DNA of 64,000 nt from a virus. The DNA lies in IMG/VR virus record IMGVR_UViG_3300045988_166613, positions 64,001 through 128,000 of that record, one strand, 5' to 3'. Position 1 is the first letter of the stretch. Each line of letters starts with the position of its first letter. The notes beneath the pieces were generated by a model that worked only from the letters and a program-made list of their open reading frames with translations, was not told the origin of the DNA and did no database searches. Made by a program: the position numbers and the translations under genes. Below, piece after piece: positions 61,690 through 64,000 of this stretch.

Positions 61690-62637
61690 ATGGAAAACAG
61701 AACAGCAATGAACAAGGTAGAATTAGTAGGAGTAGTTAAAGAACATCAATTAAAAGAAGGTAAAAGTGATAATGGAAAATACATAAATGGATCATTAGTA
61801 GTAGCTTGTGGAGAAGCTGAAGTAAAATTAAAAGTTTATGTTGGTGAAAAAACAAAAGAAGGAAAAGTAAAAAAATCTTATGAAACATTAAATAAATTTA
61901 TAAAAGAAGAATACCTAACAATGGCTAAAGATAAAGATGAAGCAGCAGTAATAAGAGTATATGGATCAGGAGATTTCACACCACAATTTAGAGAGGAGCT
62001 ATTTGTTCCAGAGAACGGAAAAGAGTGTAAATCAGTTATCTCAGTAGACTTAGGTTTTGGAAATATTTATGTTGATGAAAACAACAAAATAAAAGAAGAA
62101 GATTATAAAGCAACATTTGATATAGAAATGTATGTTCAAGAAATAGAAGAAGAAGTTAAGAAAAATGGTGATGATGAAGAAGAAACAGGAAGAGTTAAGA
62201 TTAAAGGATGTGTACCTTGCTATGGAGGTAAAGCTTTCCCAATAACTTTAATAGCTGGTACAGTGGTAGATGAAGAAGGTGAGTTCGATTTTGCAGAACA
62301 AATCAGAGAAAATGTTAGCGAAGGAGATTCAATGAATTTCTGGGGAGATATAAATTACATAAGCATATTAGAAAAGAAAAAGAAGGGTGGTTCATTAGGT
62401 AGAGCCAAAGTCGAAGAAAAAAGAACTACAATACATGAGCTTGTTGCTACAGGTGGGGAAGTCTTAGATGATGAAAAAGAATGGGAAGAAGAAGCAATAG
62501 AAAAAGCATTAAAAGAAAGAGCAATAGATATAAAAGAAAAAGAGGACAAGGCTAAACAAGAAAGTTCAAAAGGAACAGGATTAAGAGGTGGAAAAGATAA
62601 AGCAGAAAAGACTGAAAGAAGAAGACCTAAATTCTAA
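61690..62637 (+). CDS. Putative single-stranded DNA-binding protein (non-canonical)
   Basis: N-terminus MNKVELVGVVKEHQLKEG.. is OB-fold-like wording. Position next to a Sak4-like ATPase. Charged C-terminal third. Weak call. Confidence 0.3.
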   Translation: MENRTAMNKVELVGVVKEHQLKEGKSDNGKYINGSLVVACGEAEVKLKVYVGEKTKEGKVKKSYETLNKFIKEEYLTMAKDKDEAAVIRVYGSGDFTPQFREELFVPENGKECKSVISVDLGFGNIYVDENNKIKEEDYKATFDIEMYVQEIEEEVKKNGDDEEETGRVKIKGCVPCYGGKAFPITLIAGTVVDEEGEFDFAEQIRENVSEGDSMNFWGDINYISILEKKKKGGSLGRAKVEEKRTTIHELVATGGEVLDDEKEWEEEAIEKALKERAIDIKEKEDKAKQESSKGTGLRGGKDKAEKTERRRPKF

Positions 62638-62654
62638 TAAATACATAAAATAGT

Positions 62655-62685
62655 ATAAGGAAGGTTTTAATATCTCCTTCCTTAT
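62655..62685 (+). terminator. 10-bp perfect hairpin between the SSB-like and Sak4-like genes
   Basis: ataaggaagg / ccttccttat; 3' arm runs into the class II box. Confidence 0.5.
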
Positions 62686-62710
62686 CTTAAAATAAATTAA
62701 AGAATTAAAC
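62686..62710 (+). promoter_or_regulatory. AT-rich box, class II
   Basis: cttaaaataaattaaagaattaaac. Confidence 0.5.
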
Positions 62711-62750
62711 AAAATTTAAAAATATATAAGATTAAAGGAGAGAAATACAT

Positions 62751-63776
62751 ATGTTATCAAATGAATTACAAACATTATTTAATAAAGAATTTAAAGGTGA
62801 AGCAAAAGTTTCTAAACTGTCAGCAGATTTAAGAGGAAAAGTTATAGTAGTCTATGGAAGTAATAACTTAGGAAAAACTTTACAAGCTTCAAGAATGAAA
62901 AACCCAGTATTTATGCCATTTGAAAAAGGAATGAACGGTGTACATGGTGCTATGGTGTTAACCACTAGAAGTTGGAGTCAAGCGAGAAAACATGCTAAAA
63001 AGTTAGCAGGTAAAAACTTTGTAAAATTACTACAACAGGGCGAACAAATTACCCTTATTATTGATGGTATAGAAAATGTCGGAAGATATTGTAGAGAATA
63101 TGTAGCTAGTAAATATGATGCTAGAGACATAGCAAGTGCTAAGGGCGGATATGGTGCTTGGCAACCATATGAAGATGAAATGCACAGTTGGGTAGATAGT
63201 ATTATTTCTCTTGGATATACAGTTATGTTCTTAGGTCATGAATCTTATGATAAAGATAAAGATAAATACACTATAAAAGGAGATAAAAGAAACATTGATC
63301 CAATTAAAGATAATGCTGATATAGTTATTTACCTACAATCAAATGGTGTAGATGAAAATGGAAATGAGATACCTTCAAGTGGATATTTAGCAGAAACAAA
63401 AGATTTCTTTGCTAGAAGTAGATTTACATGTATGGATACAGTTATTCCAGAATATACAGCAGAGAATCTTGAAAAAGTAATTGTAGAAGGGATTCAAAGA
63501 GAGATAGATGAAAAAGGATTAGAAAGTGTGTCTTTTGATGAACAACAAGAAATATATGAAACAGAAGATATGTCACTAGAAGAGATCAAGGAAGCAATAA
63601 AAGAGAAATACTTAGCTTTAGAAGAAATAGGGGAAGAAGAATTAGATAAATACGGTGAAATTGTAGAAGAACATTTAGGAGATGTTACTGTTAGTGAAGC
63701 TACAAGCAAGCAATTAGAAGCATTAAAGTGTATATTAGATGATCTTGAGGATTTATTAGAGGAATTAGAAGAATAG
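62751..63776 (+). CDS. Sak4-like (AAA_24 / RecA-core) phage recombination ATPase with acidic C-terminal tail
   Basis: Walker A VIVVYGSNNLGKT, Walker B-like TLIIDGIE, MFLGHE; D/E-rich end. Confidence 0.5.
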   Translation: MLSNELQTLFNKEFKGEAKVSKLSADLRGKVIVVYGSNNLGKTLQASRMKNPVFMPFEKGMNGVHGAMVLTTRSWSQARKHAKKLAGKNFVKLLQQGEQITLIIDGIENVGRYCREYVASKYDARDIASAKGGYGAWQPYEDEMHSWVDSIISLGYTVMFLGHESYDKDKDKYTIKGDKRNIDPIKDNADIVIYLQSNGVDENGNEIPSSGYLAETKDFFARSRFTCMDTVIPEYTAENLEKVIVEGIQREIDEKGLESVSFDEQQEIYETEDMSLEEIKEAIKEKYLALEEIGEEELDKYGEIVEEHLGDVTVSEATSKQLEALKCILDDLEDLLEELEE

Positions 63777-63779
63777 GTG

Positions 63780-63806
63780 ATAGGGGCTATTTAGCCTCTA
63801 TTTCAT
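63780..63806 (+). terminator. Hairpin terminator
   Basis: ataggggct / agcctctat then ttcatt. Confidence 0.5.
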
Positions 63807-63824
63807 TAAAAAGGGGAGAGAAGA

Positions 63825-64000
63825 TTGAGCTTAGTAAAATGTCCAAAATGTGGTACTAAAAATGAAAAAGAAAATACAATAAAACATGGTAAAAGTTATT
63901 ATTGCTTAAAATGTTTTGAAGATTTAGAGGAATATAAAGATTTAATATCAACAATATGTGAAATTTATAGAATTAAATCTCCTACTAGTCAAATGGTGAG
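63825..64000 (+). CDS. Partial CDS (runs off the right edge), Zn-ribbon N-terminus, TTG start
   Basis: GGGGAGAG RBS; LSLVKCPKCGTKNEKENTIKHGKSYYCLKCFEDL.. Confidence 0.4.
   Translation, partial: MSLVKCPKCGTKNEKENTIKHGKSYYCLKCFEDLEEYKDLISTICEIYRIKSPTSQMV

Noticed and set aside
9274-62710. Whether the recurring AT-rich box could be a CRISPR array or a MITE family
   Set aside because: Copies are separated by hundreds to thousands of bp of coding DNA, not by regular 25-40-bp spacers. There are no inverted termini or target duplications. The position is tied to -35 hexamers or RBSs.
1-64000. Identifying the replicon as C. botulinum phage c-st itself
   Set aside because: The lifestyle and gene set are similar (TubZ partition, IS elements, plasmid prophage). 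But the TubZ sequence does not match my recollection of c-st TubZ, and identity cannot be established without a database search.

Overview
AT-rich DNA (by eye roughly 25-30% G+C) in Clostridium/Firmicute style. It reads as a slice of a large phage-plasmid (plasmid prophage). Positions 1-9.3 kb form a mixed-strand maintenance module. It holds an iteron-flanked plasmid Rep initiator and a tubulin-type partition cassette: a MerR/coiled-coil TubY-like gene divergent from tubR-tubZ, with upstream repeat sites. It also holds an IS200/IS605 insertion (tnpA plus an unusually long tnpB) and a 1.1-kb ORF-free, strand-skewed spacer. From 9.3 kb to the right edge about 100 tightly packed + strand genes follow, mostly small unknowns. 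DNA/nucleotide functions among them: three DNA methyltransferases (one fused to an SNF2 helicase), NAD-dependent ligase, a divergent ThyX-like protein, FolD, thymidine kinase, a guanylate-kinase-like protein, a type IIA topoisomerase B/A pair, RecU resolvase, and a Sak4-like ATPase with a putative SSB. Accessory cassettes: a ParB/DGQHR-like plus degenerate recombinase-like pair, a MazF-like toxin with a C-terminal extension, a Zn-ribbon-array endonuclease with a second truncated paralog at the left edge, and an AP2-domain protein. The most striking non-coding signal is a ~24-nt AT-rich box present about 30 times, always on the + strand. It is either fused to sigma-A-type -35/-10 hexamers or stands alone just upstream of ribosome-binding sites. 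One promoter carries a near-consensus Gram-positive SOS (LexA) box, and there are several long G-U-tolerant RNA hairpins. No rRNA, tRNA or CRISPR array was seen. All calls rest on motif recognition by eye; no database search or computation was run.
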